From Clostridia bacterium (GTDB taxonomy: Bacteria; Bacillota; Clostridia; Christensenellales; Aristaeellaceae), in contig JAFXZS010000003.1 of the NCBI GenBank assembly GCA_017541105.1, forward strand, positions 15,631-79,630: 64,000 nt of DNA, written 5' to 3'. Under the pieces are notes generated by a model. It was not told the DNA's origin and did no database searches. It saw nothing but the letters and a program-made list of their open reading frames with translations. Made by a program: the position numbers and the translations under genes. Within the stretch, counting starts at the first letter, position 1. The number at the start of each line of letters is the position of its first letter. Shown in pieces: positions 55,698 through 64,000 of the stretch.

Positions 55698-56863
55698 ACG
55701 CGACAATTCACGGGATTATCGATCATATGTTCAGGGATGTGGCAGACAATGCGGAGACCCGTGCGCTGCACGAGGAACTCCTGAACAACTGCCTGGAGCA
55801 TTACGATGACCTGATTCAGCGGGGCATGAGCGAAACGGAAGCCATTGACGCCGTAGTGGACAGCCTGAAGGGAATGAAAGAGGTTATTGATGAATATCCG
55901 AAAAAAGCCGGAATGGAAGTGAAAGAAAAGGAGCCCGACATTCCGGTCATCGAGGCAGATGCGCCGCGTCAGGAACCGCCCGCTGAGGAGAAGCCGAAAG
56001 AATTCATCTGCAGCCCCGAGGAGATCCGCATCCTGCGGACAGACCTGAAAGCCTGCGATCTGGTTGTAGGAGTATCGAGCGACAGAAGCATTCATGTACG
56101 ATGCGAAGATATGGAGCAGATCCTGTGCGAAAAGAGCGGAAACGCCCTCTGGATTAAGGCGCTGGACAAAACGAAGAAAACCATTGCCGAAGCCGGAAAG
56201 AAAATGAGCAATGAGGAGTTCTCCCTGAAAGGGCTGCTGAATTTTATCGGGAAAGCCATTGAGAGTGCGGCGTCAAACATTTCCGTAAGCTGGAACGTTT
56301 ACATTGATCTGCCCGCCGGGCTCCAGCTGGCCGAGATGGAACTGAATTCGAAATCCGGCGATGTGGAACTGCATTCCACGCTTCCGGAACGGCTGAGCAT
56401 CCATTGCATGAGCGGCGACGTAACCGTGGAAGCAGCAGACGGAACCTCCGCGGTCCGGGCTGCGCTCAGCACAATGAGCGGGGATATTGAAATGAACGGC
56501 AACGCAGGAACGCTGATCATGAGCAGCATGAGCGGAGATGTGACCGCAAACGGCTGCTATCAGACCGCAGAACTGAAATCCACCAGCGGAGAAGCAGATC
56601 TGAACGGTTCCGCCGGCCAGATCCGGATGCATTCAGTCAGCGGCGATGTGACCGCAGAACTTCAGAACAGCGACGTTACACGAATCGAAGGCCGTTCCAC
56701 CAGCGGCGATGTGACCATCAGACTGGCTGCCGGTACGGACAGCGTTCATACGGCCATGTCCTCCGTATCCGGATCCACCGCCTGCAGATTTGCCGACAGC
56801 GGAGCAGGCGCACGTTTGCAGATCACGGCATCCAGTGTCAGCGGCGACGTGAGCATCCGATAA
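55694..56863 (+). CDS. HAAS/permease-prefix N-terminal domain plus DUF4097 (Toastrack) beta-strand repeat protein
   Basis: N-terminal EELLNNCLEHYDDLIQRGMSETEAIDAV; about nine S/T-x-SGD-V/I type repeats; ATGA overlap with padR. Confidence 0.85.
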   Translation: MNATIHGIIDHMFRDVADNAETRALHEELLNNCLEHYDDLIQRGMSETEAIDAVVDSLKGMKEVIDEYPKKAGMEVKEKEPDIPVIEADAPRQEPPAEEKPKEFICSPEEIRILRTDLKACDLVVGVSSDRSIHVRCEDMEQILCEKSGNALWIKALDKTKKTIAEAGKKMSNEEFSLKGLLNFIGKAIESAASNISVSWNVYIDLPAGLQLAEMELNSKSGDVELHSTLPERLSIHCMSGDVTVEAADGTSAVRAALSTMSGDIEMNGNAGTLIMSSMSGDVTANGCYQTAELKSTSGEADLNGSAGQIRMHSVSGDVTAELQNSDVTRIEGRSTSGDVTIRLAAGTDSVHTAMSSVSGSTACRFADSGAGARLQITASSVSGDVSIR

Positions 56864-56932
56864 AGATCCTGTCCGGCAGCAACCGAACCTGAAACGGACG
56901 GAAGAGAACGAACGAAAGGAACGGAAACCATT

Positions 56933-57199
56933 ATGACAGCAATCATGACAATCGCGGCAGGACTGGCAGCCGGATACTTCGGCTTCCAGTATCTCACAGG
57001 CAAAAACCGGGGAACCACTCACGGACGGATTCATAAGAGCGCAAGAGACAGGAAGATCGCAGGCGTATGCGGAGGAATCGCGGAATTCCTGGGCGTAGAT
57101 CCGACGATCATCCGCCTGGCGTGGGCTCTGCTGGTCTTTGGATGGGGAAGCGGACTGCTGCTGTATCTTATTTGCGCGCTGATCCTTCCGGAAGAATAA
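56933..57199 (+). CDS. PspC domain protein
   Basis: KSARDRKIAGVCGGIAEFLGVDPTIIRLAW...LLYLICALILPEE. Confidence 0.92.
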   Translation: MTAIMTIAAGLAAGYFGFQYLTGKNRGTTHGRIHKSARDRKIAGVCGGIAEFLGVDPTIIRLAWALLVFGWGSGLLLYLICALILPEE

Positions 57200-57243
57200 A
57201 CTCAGGGAGGGAGGAAATCCCCATCCGTATACCGATCCGAAGC

Positions 57244-57271
57244 GCCGGTCAGAGAACCTGACCGGCATTTT
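57244..57271 (+). terminator. hairpin downstream of the PspC gene
   Basis: GCCGGTCAG-agaac-CTGACCGGC-ATTTT, nested inside CCCCATC/GATGGGG (57219-57280). Confidence 0.6.
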
Positions 57272-57369
57272 CCGATGGGGCGAAAAGAAAAGACGGCGGC
57301 AGACAAATAACCGGGATTATTTTGCACATTCGGTCCTTTTTTTCGGAAGGCAAAAGGTTTATCTTTTGT

Positions 57370-57813
57370 TCAGGAAGGGAAGGGGTAACGGGCAGGAGAT
57401 GGACATTCCCCCGATTCCTCCCCGGGAAGCCAGTTTTCGCGAAGGAGCGGAAGCAGTTCCAGATCCGCGGGAAGCCAGCTGACCGAATCAAGCTCCTCCC
57501 TGGCAAGCCATCTGGCGGCTTCGTGTTCCCGGAGGATCAGATTGCCGGATTCCACCCGACACCAGAAACATTGCAGGGAAAGGTGAAAGGAGGGATAATC
57601 ATATTCAACACATCCGGCGGAAGGGCCGACGGATATCACGGTATCAAGCTCTTCCAGAATTTCGCGCCTGAGAGCTTCCTGCGGGGTTTCCCCGTCCTTT
57701 ACCTTGCCTCCGGGGAATTCCCAGCTGTCCTTGAACTCCCCGTATCCTCTCTGCGTCGCGAAGATCCGGCCATGATGCCAGATGACCGCTGCTACAACAT
57801 TCAGATTCTTCAA
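57370..57813 (-). CDS. mutT: NUDIX hydrolase, MutT-like 8-oxo-dGTP diphosphatase
   Basis: Nudix box WEFPGGKVKDGETPQEALRREILEEL; WLPAD; TTG start after GGAGG. Confidence 0.85.
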   Translation of the reverse strand: MKNLNVVAAVIWHHGRIFATQRGYGEFKDSWEFPGGKVKDGETPQEALRREILEELDTVISVGPSAGCVEYDYPSFHLSLQCFWCRVESGNLILREHEAARWLAREELDSVSWLPADLELLPLLRENWLPGEESGECPSPARYPFPS

Positions 57814-57944
57814 ACCCGCCGCACCTCCGTTTTTGCGGGAGCTCACAGACGCGCTCTCCGGGGAGCAATTCCGGAAAGGTTCAAGGCTCCTGTTTCCTTA
57901 TAACACATCTGGCCGCTTTTCTCAATTGACCTGCTGAAAAAGGG

Positions 57945-58006
57945 TTGCATTTTTCACGCGAAAATGGTATCATACAAATGTTGTATTGATACATTTTAAT
58001 ACAACA
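57945..58006 (+). promoter_or_regulatory. promoter plus inverted-repeat operator of the GntR operon
   Basis: TTGCAT (57945-57950), 17 nt, (TGg)TATCAT (57968-57973); TGTTGTATT-N10-AATACAACA (57979-58006). Confidence 0.7.
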
Positions 58007-58021
58007 GAAAGGACACCGGGA

Positions 58022-58732
58022 ATGAAAAAACTGCAATCTGACAGTTCCAGTCCGCTGTACCACCAGCTGATGCAGCGGCTGAAGGAGGATATCGAGAAAG
58101 GCACTTATCCGGTGGGCAGCCGGATTCCGCCGGAGCATGAGCTGGAATCACTGTACAGACTCAGCCGGGTGACAGTGCGCCGCGCCCTGGCGGAACTGAC
58201 GGCGGAGGGAATGCTGGAGCGAAAACAGGGAAAGGGCACATTTGTTTCCACACCGCGGATCAGCCATGACCTGAAAAGCATCCACAGTTTCCATGATGCC
58301 TGCAAGCAGAACGGATTTCAGCCCGGAACCCGGGTGATTCATATCCGCGAAGAGGAGGCGGGTCCCCAGGATCTGGAGGAACTGGAACTGCGGGAGGGAT
58401 CCCACATTGTGGAAACGCTGCGCATCCGCCTGGCGGACGGAGAACCTGTAGTGCTGGAGAAGAATCATTTTTCCATGGCTTTTGCCTATCTGGAAAATGA
58501 AAACCTGGCCGGAAGCCTGTATAACATATTAAGGGATTACGGCATTGAGCCCAAACAAGGAACACACGATATCTCCATGACCTATGCCACGGAAAACCAG
58601 GCGAAACTACTGTCCATTGAGCCAGGAACGCCGCTGATGCGCCTGCATGAAGTGGTTTTCGATCAAAAGGGGAGGCCGCTTCACAACAGCATCCAGCTGA
58701 TCCGGGGTGACCGTTTTGTCTTCAGAATCTGA
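58022..58732 (+). CDS. GntR-family (HutC/UTRA) transcriptional regulator
   Basis: PLYHQL, RIPPEHEL, SRVTVRRAL, QGKGTFV; UTRA region RIRLADGEPV, SLYNIL, RGDRF. Confidence 0.93.
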   Translation: MKKLQSDSSSPLYHQLMQRLKEDIEKGTYPVGSRIPPEHELESLYRLSRVTVRRALAELTAEGMLERKQGKGTFVSTPRISHDLKSIHSFHDACKQNGFQPGTRVIHIREEEAGPQDLEELELREGSHIVETLRIRLADGEPVVLEKNHFSMAFAYLENENLAGSLYNILRDYGIEPKQGTHDISMTYATENQAKLLSIEPGTPLMRLHEVVFDQKGRPLHNSIQLIRGDRFVFRI

Positions 58733-58755
58733 AAGCGTCAGAGAAAGGAACAGAC

Positions 58756-59211
58756 ATGGCAGAACAGACGGAACTGGCGGAAAGAACAAAAACCGCAGAA
58801 AAGCCGAAAAAACTCTGGGACGGAGCCCTGAAAATGGTGAAGGGTGAGAATACCACCCAGTTGATTGAGAGTTTTACCGCGGAGATGACCCTGGTAGCGG
58901 AAGGCCTTTGTGAAGACCAGAGCAAGCTTCGCCGGGAAGTTGACAGGATGATGACGGAAGAAGACCGCAGAATTCAAGCGCTGCAGAGCAGGCTGGAAGC
59001 AGCGGAGACATCCCTGGATGAAGAGCGGGCAGCCCACGATCAGGTTCTGACAGAAATGAGGAACCGGCTGGCCGCACTGGAAAAAAAGGCAAACCGGGAA
59101 CCTGTGCGTGAAAAGAACAAAAAAGGGAACATCATACGGGATCTGACGGTACTGGTAGCCATCGCGTCCAGCGCATGGGTGGTTGTGACGCTGCTGAATA
59201 AGCTCCTGTAA
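58756..59211 (+). CDS. hypothetical coiled-coil protein with C-terminal membrane anchor
   Basis: Heptad-rich middle; C-terminal hydrophobic LTVLVAIASSAWVVVTLLNKLL; AAAGGA RBS. Confidence 0.75.
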   Translation: MAEQTELAERTKTAEKPKKLWDGALKMVKGENTTQLIESFTAEMTLVAEGLCEDQSKLRREVDRMMTEEDRRIQALQSRLEAAETSLDEERAAHDQVLTEMRNRLAALEKKANREPVREKNKKGNIIRDLTVLVAIASSAWVVVTLLNKLL

Positions 59212-59257
59212 TATTCCCATCCTGTCGTCATATTGTTTCCGGAAAGGAGGAGCATCT

Positions 59258-59785
59258 TTGAAAACTTATGAGGAACTGGTAAAGGAGTATCGGAAAAGAC
59301 AGCATGATACGGTCGTGGATACCATCGCGACCGGTTTGACCTACGTGGATGAAATCGCCGTGGACACCGGCCTGCTGGAAGAGACGGGCATCCTGACGGA
59401 ACTGAGCCAGAGTATGAGCGGTATTCTTCCGTTTGTAATTATTTCAGCGACAGAAGGCACGAAGGTGCTGCTTGGGAAAAAACCGGGGAGGACAGGGTTA
59501 AAGGACGGGGTTTTCCGGATGGCCAAGAGCGGGGCCGCGCTGGGTGTCGGTGCCGCGGTAACCGGAGCCGCCGGCTTCTGGGCCGCAATTCCCGTGACGA
59601 TGGGTGTCCGCGCACTGTTTGACCGGTACAGGAGCAAGGCGCTGACCGGGAGAAGAGTTCAGGGTCGGATTCAACGGCTGCAGGAACTGAACCGGTTTAT
59701 CCGGAAGGAGGAGCAGCCGGAGATGGGTGCGGAAGAAAAGTGCCTCCAGGGGGAAGTTCTTCAGACGGCAGGCCAGGTTGAGTGA
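59258..59785 (+). CDS. hypothetical protein with Gly/Ala-rich hydrophobic segment
   Basis: TTG start after AAGGAGG; SGAALGVGAAVTGAAGFWAAIPVTMGV followed by a basic helical tail. Confidence 0.75.
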   Translation: MKTYEELVKEYRKRQHDTVVDTIATGLTYVDEIAVDTGLLEETGILTELSQSMSGILPFVIISATEGTKVLLGKKPGRTGLKDGVFRMAKSGAALGVGAAVTGAAGFWAAIPVTMGVRALFDRYRSKALTGRRVQGRIQRLQELNRFIRKEEQPEMGAEEKCLQGEVLQTAGQVE

Positions 59786-59807
59786 CGTACAAAGGCGGTA
59801 TCGGAAG

Positions 59808-60602
59808 ATGAAGTTTACAAAAATGCAGGGACTCGGCAATGACTATATTTATGTCAACTGCCTGGAAGAAATGATTCCGGATCCCATGGAAACTGCCCGG
59901 AGAATCAGCGACCGTCATTTCGGCGTCGGCAGCGATGGCCTCGTGCTCATCTGCCCGGATGAAGAGGCTGATTTCCGGATGAGGATGTTTAATTCGGACG
60001 GAAGCGAATCCGAGATGTGCGGCAACGCAGCCCGCTGCGTGGGAAGATATGTATATGAAAAAGGGCTGACAAGCAAAAAAGACATCCGCCTGAAAACAGG
60101 CGCCGGGATTAAGACGCTGCAGATCCGGGAAGAGAAGGGAAAGGTTCTGTCCGTACGGGTGGACATGGGAGAACCGGAAATATACGGAATCGGGGAACGG
60201 CTGGAGGCGGACGGACGGAAATACACCATCACCCGGGTGAGTATGGGGAACCCGCACGCCGTGGTTTTTCTGGACGATGTGGAGACACTGGACCTGCCCG
60301 GGATCGGGCCGGCGATTGAGCACCATCCTATGTTTCCGAACCGTACAAATACTGAATTTGCCTGCGTACGCGGGCCGGAACACATCCGAATGAGGGTGTG
60401 GGAGCGGGGAGCCGGTGAAACCATGGCTTGCGGAACCGGTGCCTGCGCCACACTGGTCGCTGCCGCCGCCAACGGGCTCACCGGACGGAAAGCGGTTCTG
60501 GAGCTGAACGGAGGACCGCTCCGGATCGAGTGGGACGGGCAGGCAAACCATGTTTTCCAGGAAGGGCCCGCTGAATTTGTTTTCGAAGGGGAATGGAATT
60601 AA
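59808..60602 (+). CDS. dapF: diaminopimelate epimerase
   Basis: FTKMQGLGNDY, NSDGSESEMCGNAARC, SMGNPH, RVWERGAGETMACGTG. Confidence 0.96.
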   Translation: MKFTKMQGLGNDYIYVNCLEEMIPDPMETARRISDRHFGVGSDGLVLICPDEEADFRMRMFNSDGSESEMCGNAARCVGRYVYEKGLTSKKDIRLKTGAGIKTLQIREEKGKVLSVRVDMGEPEIYGIGERLEADGRKYTITRVSMGNPHAVVFLDDVETLDLPGIGPAIEHHPMFPNRTNTEFACVRGPEHIRMRVWERGAGETMACGTGACATLVAAAANGLTGRKAVLELNGGPLRIEWDGQANHVFQEGPAEFVFEGEWN

Positions 60603-60619
60603 GAAAAATGCTTCGCCGA

Positions 60620-62539
60620 TCAATCCGACGAAGCATTTTTTTCTTCATACATTATGCGATCCGCATTTCCGAGGAACTGTTCCGCTTCCGTCTGGATGGA
60701 AGCGACACCCTCCGGCCTCGGCACAGCCCGATAACAGCCGATACTGACCTGAATCGAGTAATTCTTTCCGGCAACCTGGCGGATTCTGTCAATTTCTTCC
60801 CGAACCAGATGGGTGAAGGTCCATTCTTTAACCTGATCATAATGCTTGGCCAGAACCACAAATTCATCCCCGCCGGTACGAATGCAGATTTCATCCTGCT
60901 GCGCGCATTGCCGCATGGCTTCGGCAATGGTGCACAGGCAGAAATCGCCTTCCGCATGCCCGTAGCAATCGTTGATCTTTTTCATTCCGTTCATATCGAT
61001 CAGGAAGACGGCCAGTTCCGTTCCGGCGGCGCGGCATTCCTCATAGTAGCTTTCAAAGAAACGATAATACCCCCGGCGGTTGTACAGGCCGGTCAGCATG
61101 TCCGTCTGATACAGGTATTCCAGTTCATTGACCGTCTCTGTCAGTTCATGACGGAAGAACCAGTTGACCAGTACGGTGCTGATGGAAACCAGCCAGGATT
61201 TGATATGAAGCTGCTCCAGTTCATTCAGCTCCGGATTGACGATAAAGTAACCCAGGAAATAATGGAGATGATGAACAGGGAAAATATAGTAAGGCGTATC
61301 ATCATCCATCATTTCATCGGGAAGAAGCTGGCCTTTCTGAAGCCGCTGTTTTCGGACAGGCTGTCCATGCAGGAAACCGCAGACCACGTCAAAGGTTTCG
61401 TCCTTTAAAGAATCACGGCCCGTAATCGTCTTTTTCTGCTCCCAGCCGTGGATCAGGCAAAGCACCGCGTCCTTAAACCCTGTTTCGCGCAGGCAGCCTT
61501 CTTCAATTTCCCTGTAAATATCCTCCTCGGTTTCATCCATGGCACCGCCAAGGATCAGATTGGTGTTGGAGAGCACAAGGCTTTCCAGGTTGGTGACTGT
61601 CCGGATATACTTTTCCCGGATCATATCTTTCTGATAGACATCCGGCGGTTCACAGCCACAGGACTGGCGCGCGCAGAGAATACCGGGCACGGCGGTCACG
61701 GGATCCACAGCCTCCCCGCGCAGGAGCCTTGTCAGCGTCTCCATTCCGACCTGACCGACACGAAAGAAAGGCTGCGCGGAAGTTGTGATGGAGGGCTCAT
61801 TGAACTGGGCGCGAAGGATGTCGTCGTATCCGGTGACGATGACATCCTCCGGCACACGGAAGCCTTTTTTTTCAAGAGCCTGAATGACCCCGATGGCGGT
61901 ATAGTCGTTTACGCAGACGATCGCGTCCGGAAGCCTTTTCTCTCCCTTTGCCATATAGGCGGCAAGTATTTCGGGCACAATGCTGTCCCCGCATTCCGGG
62001 CGCAGCGTCCCTTCGAATATACGGTCATCCCCGCAGGGGAGGCCGTGCGCACTCAACACTTTACGGAAAAGATCGATGCGCTCCAGGCAGAAGGAACGTT
62101 CACGGGGACCTGCTATATGGACAAAATCCCTGCAGCCGTGGACGTGAATCAGGTGCTCAATCAGTTCCGTAAAGGATCTGTCCTGATCGTTGACGACACT
62201 GTAGGTGCCTGCTTTCACTGTGCCCAGGGTAATCACCGGACAGGGAGCGGCTTTTTTCAGCCGGTCAATGGGTTCCACAAAGGAACCAGTCATATAGGTA
62301 TCAAAGGAGATCAGGGCGTCGTATTCCCGGAGATCCGGCAGAAGATAGACCACAAAGTCACCCGTATCGTAGAGCTGATACCGGTCGTAATTCTGACTGG
62401 TATGATTATCCGCAAAGCTCGCAAAAAAAGTGATTTTGACATCTTCCCCGCGGGCAGCGCTCAACAGGCCCTCCACGGTTTCCCGAACCATGTCCTCATA
62501 CAGTGCGGAAATAAACACTGCGACGTTTTTGCGCTTCAT
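60620..62539 (-). CDS. LacI-type sugar-binding domain fused to GGDEF diguanylate cyclase
   Basis: PDAIVCVNDYTAIG, VPEDVIVTGYDD, PSITT with no HTH; C-terminal DMLTGLYNRRG, GHAEGD, RTGGDEF. Confidence 0.88.
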   Translation of the reverse strand: MKRKNVAVFISALYEDMVRETVEGLLSAARGEDVKITFFASFADNHTSQNYDRYQLYDTGDFVVYLLPDLREYDALISFDTYMTGSFVEPIDRLKKAAPCPVITLGTVKAGTYSVVNDQDRSFTELIEHLIHVHGCRDFVHIAGPRERSFCLERIDLFRKVLSAHGLPCGDDRIFEGTLRPECGDSIVPEILAAYMAKGEKRLPDAIVCVNDYTAIGVIQALEKKGFRVPEDVIVTGYDDILRAQFNEPSITTSAQPFFRVGQVGMETLTRLLRGEAVDPVTAVPGILCARQSCGCEPPDVYQKDMIREKYIRTVTNLESLVLSNTNLILGGAMDETEEDIYREIEEGCLRETGFKDAVLCLIHGWEQKKTITGRDSLKDETFDVVCGFLHGQPVRKQRLQKGQLLPDEMMDDDTPYYIFPVHHLHYFLGYFIVNPELNELEQLHIKSWLVSISTVLVNWFFRHELTETVNELEYLYQTDMLTGLYNRRGYYRFFESYYEECRAAGTELAVFLIDMNGMKKINDCYGHAEGDFCLCTIAEAMRQCAQQDEICIRTGGDEFVVLAKHYDQVKEWTFTHLVREEIDRIRQVAGKNYSIQVSIGCYRAVPRPEGVASIQTEAEQFLGNADRIMYEEKNASSD

Positions 62540-62610
62540 TCCATTTGCCTCATTTCCATTCCGATGCGGTATACTGCGCAGCAAGCGGCCCGAAATCCCG
62601 GGCGGAAGGT

Positions 62611-63594
62611 TTACAGGGTGGCTGCCATAACGGCTTTGATGGTGTGCATCCGGTTTTCTGCCTCATCGAAGACAATGGACTGCGGACCCTCGAAGACCTC
62701 ATCTGTCACTTCCATACAGTCCACACCGAATTTATCATATATATTCCTGCCGATCGCGGTGTTCAGGTCATGAAAGGAGGGAAGGCAGTGCATAAAGACG
62801 CAGAGCGGGCCGGCCTTCTGCATGACCGCGGATGTTACGCGATAGGGAAGGAGATCCTGAATCCGTTCTTCCCAGACGGAATCCGCCTCTCCCATGGAGA
62901 CCCAGACGTCTGTGTAAATCGCATGGGCGCCGGAAACAATCGCCGGATCCTCCGAAAACTCCAGTACGGCGCCGGTCTCCTCCGCAATCTTCCGGCAGCG
63001 GGCGACCAGCGCGTCGTCCGGCCAGTATTTCTTCGGCGCGCAAGCAACAAAGTGCATTCCCATCTTGGCACAGCCAACCATCAGGGAATTGCCCATATTG
63101 TACCGGGCATCCCCCATGTAGACCAGCTTGAGGCCTTTCAGAAAACCGAAATGCTCCTGAAGCGTAAGCAGATCGGCAAGAACCTGCGTGGGATGGAACT
63201 CGTTCGTCAGGCCGTTCCATACCGGAATGCCGCTGAAACGGTAAAGATCCTCCACGATCTGCTGGCCGAAGCCACGGTATTCAATCCCGTCGTACATACG
63301 GCCGAGCACCCTGGCAGTATCTGCAATGCTTTCCTTTTTTCCAATCTGGCTTCCGGAGGGATCCAGATAAGTACAGTTCATCCCGAGGTCATACGCGGCG
63401 ACCTCGAAAGCGCAGCGGGTCCTTGTGCTGGTTTTTTCAAAGATCAGGGCGATATTTTTACCTGCCAGAAAGGCATGGGGAATACCAGCTTTCTTTTTTT
63501 CCTTCAGATCGGCCGCGAGATCCAGCAGGCCGGCAATCTCCTCCGGGGCAAGATCCAGCAGCTTGAGAAATTTATTCTCCGTGAGATGAAACAT
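62611..63594 (-). CDS. argF: ornithine carbamoyltransferase
   Basis: [34 protein letters not shown]. Confidence 0.95.
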   Translation of the reverse strand: MFHLTENKFLKLLDLAPEEIAGLLDLAADLKEKKKAGIPHAFLAGKNIALIFEKTSTRTRCAFEVAAYDLGMNCTYLDPSGSQIGKKESIADTARVLGRMYDGIEYRGFGQQIVEDLYRFSGIPVWNGLTNEFHPTQVLADLLTLQEHFGFLKGLKLVYMGDARYNMGNSLMVGCAKMGMHFVACAPKKYWPDDALVARCRKIAEETGAVLEFSEDPAIVSGAHAIYTDVWVSMGEADSVWEERIQDLLPYRVTSAVMQKAGPLCVFMHCLPSFHDLNTAIGRNIYDKFGVDCMEVTDEVFEGPQSIVFDEAENRMHTIKAVMAATL

Positions 63595-63632
63595 ATGTGC
63601 AGCTCCTTTGCTATAAAAAAATTCCCCCTCAA

Positions 63633-63728
63633 ATTATAAAATTCCGGCGGCCGGAAGTCAATGATCCGAAATGCTCCGGACAGAGAAAACACAACAGAAT
63701 TGTCATTCACGGACATTCATGGTAGAAT
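63633..63728. promoter_or_regulatory. divergent sigma-A promoters (argF / aminopeptidase)
   Basis: Minus: TTGACT (63661-63656), 17 nt, TATAAT (63638-63633). Plus: TTGTCA (63700-63705), 17 nt, TAGAAT (63723-63728). Confidence 0.7.
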
Positions 63729-63773
63729 ACGCAGGAACAGCAAGCCAATCAGATACAGGAGCGTGATGAAATA

Positions 63774-64000
63774 ATGGAAAGACCCAACGCATGGAAAAAC
63801 TACAGGAAAACCGAAATCAAAAAAGCGGAAGCGCTTGCGGAGGCGTATAAACGTTTTCTGGACTGCGGGAAAACGGAGCGGGAATGCACCGCCTATGCGG
63901 TGAACACGCTGGAACAGGCCGGCTATATTTCCCTGGATCGGGCACTGGCCGAAAAGAAGAAGCTGAAGGCAGGGGATAAAGTATATGTCAATCAGATGAA
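63774..64000 (+). CDS. M18-family aminopeptidase, N-terminal part (runs off window)
   Basis: Not in the ORF track; translated by hand as MERPNAWKNY...YKRFLDCGKTEREC...LKAGDKVYV, typical of clostridial aminopeptidase 1 N-termini. Confidence 0.8.
   Translation, partial: MERPNAWKNYRKTEIKKAEALAEAYKRFLDCGKTERECTAYAVNTLEQAGYISLDRALAEKKKLKAGDKVYVNQM

Noticed and set aside
56340-56860. Recurrent AGCGGCGA(C/T)GT-like DNA repeats
   Set aside because: They encode the SGD(V/I) beta-strand repeats of the DUF4097 protein; not a CRISPR array or non-coding repeat.
57200-57369. Nested stems between the PspC gene and mutT as a possible ncRNA
   Set aside because: No recognisable RNA family features or promoter; explained by termination of convergent genes.
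447-63639. Many long antisense or alternate-frame ORFs (e.g. 2467-4089, 7554-9524, 17997-19451, 20951-22273, 23092-24693, 39977-41350, 47004-48278, 61448-62773)
   Set aside because: They mirror well-supported genes, carry no motifs or RBS, and are expected shadows of GC-rich codon usage.
1-64000. tRNA, rRNA, riboswitches, CRISPR arrays, IS elements, prophage or restriction-modification genes
   Set aside because: Intergenic spaces are short (under about 250 nt) and none showed the diagnostic motifs by eye; an Infernal and tRNAscan run would be decisive.

Overview
Gene-dense chromosomal window (about 56 CDS, GC-rich) from what looks like a Clostridia-type gut or rumen Firmicute. The taxon is an inference from gene order, sigma-A promoters and protein families. 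It holds mostly housekeeping genes (pgm, hslO, rluA-family, ilvE, tmcAL, ackA, yceD-rpmF-valS-rsmH-rsmI, dgt-dnaG-rpoD-trmK-nif3, mutT, dapF, argF, M16C and M18 peptidases) and carbohydrate loci. The latter are a GH27 alpha-galactosidase, LacI-malQ-glgP, and an SBP/YesM/YesN sensor with a monosaccharide ABC importer, CE1 esterase and GH67 alpha-glucuronidase. There are also two c-di-GMP enzymes and a PadR-HAAS/DUF4097-PspC envelope-stress cassette. I see no rRNA, tRNA, CRISPR array, transposase, integrase, prophage or recognisable defence system, and no clear-cut novel system can be proven from the sequence. The best leads are: secreted proteins (ABC SBP, LCP enzyme) that seem to lack a lipid or membrane anchor; a tandem rsmH-rsmI pair outside the dcw cluster; an LCP / zinc-ribbon membrane protein / RsiV-like trio; a GntR operon with two unknown membrane proteins plus dapF; a small standalone CxxC protein; and several visible operator palindromes over promoters. 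Many starts were moved from the ORF track to the RBS-supported codon. Family calls come from motif recognition by eye, not database searches.
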